Shown here one piece after another: positions 61,149-64,000 of a stretch of 64,000 nt of DNA (the first letter of the stretch is position 1; every line of letters begins with the position of its first letter). Made by a program: the position numbers and the translations under genes. Location: NCBI GenBank assembly GCA_965219095.1, contig CBDCMT010000001.1, positions 1,824,001-1,888,000 on the forward strand, read 5' to 3'. This stretch comes from Bdellovibrionales bacterium (GTDB taxonomy: Bacteria > Bdellovibrionota > Bdellovibrionia > Bdellovibrionales > UBA1609). The notes beneath the pieces were generated by a model. That model saw nothing but the letters and a program-made list of their open reading frames with translations, was not told the DNA's origin and ran no database searches.

Positions 61149-62669
61149 GGCTCCTCCCGGGAATCTGTGGGTGAAAAGTAGTAGAAATCCCCCAAAAGAG
61201 CTCATATTAATCAAAGTAAGAGTAAGACATTCTATCTTGTATTTTTGAGTTCTTTGAGGCCCTTACTGGCCTCTATCACCTCCGGTGATTGAACTCAAAA
61301 ACATTCATTTTATTTGCTTTTATTTGCTGTGTTACATTAAAATTTTAAAAAAGAAGCACCTACTTCCCAGATGCCTTAAAATGTTATTCAAAAAAAAAAA
61401 AAAAGGAGGGAAGAGATGCTTTTGAAGACTATACTAAATGATTGTTTAAGATGGAAGTCTTTTGTATACGGAGACATTTATTTTTCAAAAGATAGAAAGT
61501 CAATTAATGTTCCTATTAAGGCTCGTAAAAATGGCCAAGCTTTTTGTAGTGTTTGTAAGAAGCCCTGTTCAGTGTATGACAGCAGTAAATCATCACGGGA
61601 CTTTGAATCCCTTCCTATTTTAAGTTACAGGGTGTTTTTTGTTTATTTTGTAAGAAGAGTTAATTGTTCTTGCTGTGGAGTAAAAGTTGAGTATTTACCT
61701 TGGGCAGATGGGAAGAAAAACCTAACAATTTTTTACATGAAGTACTTAGCTGACTGGTGTCGTCACCTGTCTTGGAAAGAGGTTTCTTGTAAGTTTCATG
61801 TCAGTTGGAATCAGGTCTATGCTTCGGTAGAATGGGTCGTAGAATATGGTTTAAAACAAAGGGTTTTAAAGGGAATACAAGCTATAGGTGTAGATGAAAT
61901 ACAATGGAAAAAGAACCATCAGTATCTCACCTTAGTCTATGAAATAAGCAAAGAAAGTGTTCGTTTGCTATGGATAGGAGAAAAAAGAACAGAGGAGAGT
62001 TTCAACAAGTTTTTTGATTTACTAGGAGAGAAGTCAAAAGATATACAGTTTGTGTGTTCTGATATGTGGAAGCCCTATTTAAAAGTAATAAAGGAAAGGG
62101 CAAGTCAAGCTTTGAATATATTAGATCGGTTTCATATCGTAGCAAGACTCAATAAGGCTTTAGACGAAGTGAGAGCTTCAGAACACAAAAAAATGAAAGA
62201 AGATGGGTATGAACCCCTTTTAACAAAAGCTAGATGGCCCTTGTTAAAAAATGCAGAAAATTTAAAATCTTATGAGAAAGTAAAATTAAGGCATTTAATA
62301 CAGTACAATTTAAAAAGTATCCGCTGTTATTTTTTAAAAGAAGACTTCCGACAGTTATGGACCTATGTTTCACCAACTTGGGCTGGTAAATTTATAGACA
62401 GTTGGACGAAACGAGTCATGCTTTCAAAAATTGAACCTATGAAAAGAGAAGCAAAAACCATACGAAGACATAAGCTACTTATTCTTAATTACTTCAAGGC
62501 TAAAAAAGCCTTCTCCTCAGGGATTGTAGAGGGTTTAAACAACAAAGTAAAACTCACTATGAGAAAATCTTACGGCTTTAGAACCTCTAAAGCTATAAAA
62601 ATCGCCTTATATCATAACCTTGGAAAACTGCCAGAACCTCCGGGAACCCACAGATTCTTTTGAGGAGGC
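61149..62669 (+). mobile_element. ISL3-family IS, complete
   Basis: Same ends as 7384-8903; 8-bp target duplication CAATTTTT (61141-61148 and 62670-62677). Confidence 0.95.
61416..62663 (+). CDS. ISL3-family transposase
   Basis: Near-identical to 7390-8637. Confidence 0.95.
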   Translation: MLLKTILNDCLRWKSFVYGDIYFSKDRKSINVPIKARKNGQAFCSVCKKPCSVYDSSKSSRDFESLPILSYRVFFVYFVRRVNCSCCGVKVEYLPWADGKKNLTIFYMKYLADWCRHLSWKEVSCKFHVSWNQVYASVEWVVEYGLKQRVLKGIQAIGVDEIQWKKNHQYLTLVYEISKESVRLLWIGEKRTEESFNKFFDLLGEKSKDIQFVCSDMWKPYLKVIKERASQALNILDRFHIVARLNKALDEVRASEHKKMKEDGYEPLLTKARWPLLKNAENLKSYEKVKLRHLIQYNLKSIRCYFLKEDFRQLWTYVSPTWAGKFIDSWTKRVMLSKIEPMKREAKTIRRHKLLILNYFKAKKAFSSGIVEGLNNKVKLTMRKSYGFRTSKAIKIALYHNLGKLPEPPGTHRFF

Positions 62670-62879
62670 CAATTTTTTCTCATCAAATTACTGTAAGTCG
62701 GTTTCTTAACAGCCCTTGACTCCTACGAGGGGAATTTCTAGCTATTTTTCACCACAGATTCCCGGGAGGAGCCATAAATTTAACATATGAGTATTAAAAC
62801 ATAAAAAAAAAATGAGCTCAGGCCCCATTTAAAACGTCAGTGGTGTCTGGGGAAACTTGATTCTAATTTTATTTGGCAG

Positions 62880-63425
62880 ATGGAGAGGGTTTTAGATACT
62901 TATGAGAGAAAATACGATTTAAAAAATCCGGTTCTATGTTTTGATGAAAGGCCTTGTCAGTTGATTGATGATGTTTTGATTCCGGTTCCTGTCAGTCCTG
63001 GAAAAGAAAAGAGAGAGGATTATCATTATAAAAGAGAGGGTGTGTGTGTAGCTTTATTGGCCGTTGAGCCTTTGACAGGAAAGAGGATTGTGGAGGTGAG
63101 TCGTAGAAAGACGAAAGTAGATTATGCAAGGTTTATGAAAAAGGTGGCTGCAAAGTATAAAGGTTGTGAAAAGATCACATTGATATAAGATAATTTGAAC
63201 ACTCATAATCCCTCTTCATTTTATGAAAATATGAAAGCAGAGAGTGCTTTTGATTTAACAAATTGCTTTAAGATGATTTACACACCGAAGAAGGCCAGTT
63301 GGTTAAATATGGCAGAGATTGAGTTTTCAGCCCTTTCAAAAAAGTGTTTAAATCGTCGTATAGGAAAATTCTCTAAGATGGAAAAAGAGATCATAGCTTG
63401 GGCAAAAAATAGAAATAAAAACATG
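62880..63425 (+). pseudogene. Third IS630-family transposase, internal stop, truncated
   Basis: VLCFDERPCQL, DYHYKREG, LI*DNLNTH, YTPKKASWLNMAEIE. Confidence 0.85.
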
Positions 63426-64000
63426 AGCCACTACTCTGTTGCAAAGCCAGTGTCGCACAGGATTTAAATTTGTAACTCCTTTTAAAATTCTGAAAGCTCT
63501 TTCTACGACATCTTTATCAAAATAAAGTTTGACCATATCTTTACCAGAAATATTCTTTGTAGAAAATATACAGGAGTACCCATCAAATTCTTCTGCTTTT
63601 TTCAGCTCCCGATCCTTGATCTTTCCTGTGGGAGTTAGATATTTTTTCAGCCCCTCCTTAATGGACTTGTTTTGAGATAGACAGTTTTGAGCAGCAACTA
63701 TCTCATCATATCTCGCCTCTCGAATTGCATCCTTTCTTTTATGGTTGTAGCAGATTGCCAGTTTTCCTTTAACTTGGCCAAATGTATAATTCATGCTTTT
63801 AACGTAAAAAGTATTCTTGTTCAAAATTACCCTATTTGAAACGTTTACTATAGAACCGGACTTTAAAAAATTTCGTACTGTCTTCTTCTCAACCTCTCTC
63901 ATAGGAATTCCGCACAATGTATTCCAACCCAATTCCCCTGTAAGAAAGGTTTTTAGACGATGCTATACCTCGATCATACACCAATAGGCCAGAACGAAGA
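63420..64000 (-). pseudogene. IS1634/IS4-like transposase C-terminal fragment
   Basis: FDGYSCIFST, YFDKDVVERAFRILK...L.PVRHW...RVVAHVF. Confidence 0.8.

Overview
AT-rich bacterial chromosome segment; a Bdellovibrionota-like host is a tentative inference from protein style. A short core block (tRNA-Ser(GGA), tadA, rpsU, yqeY, dnaG, rpoD, tRNA-CAT; about 52.3-57.5 kb) lies between two heavily eroded mobile regions. The left ~51 kb is a decayed integrative/conjugative and defence island. It carries three large serine recombinase (LSR) genes, two DprA+PRTase (ShosTA-like) pairs, a REase-NTPase-like gene, SIR2-like and HNH genes, type I RM remnants, an intact type II RM pair and VirB2/VirB4 remnants. 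ISL3, IS630, IS1634 and IS66 copies and miniature derivatives are scattered throughout. Three structures stand out. (1) A ~12.7 kb unit (2944-15655) has a diverged LSR module at each end pointing outwards. Its right end joins a second copy of the left end at an exactly symmetric attP-like junction (TTGGTCGACCAA core, 20-bp inverted arms), which gives both recombinases the same new C-terminus, FLTA. (2) Two ~295-nt imperfect hairpins fold on the template strand upstream of an acidic zinc-finger gene and resemble Frpo-type single-stranded-DNA promoters. (3) A probably exported 800-aa protein combines nucleotidyltransferase-like and ART-like motifs with 34-aa tandem repeats. All calls come from reading the sequence and ORF track by eye; no database search was run.
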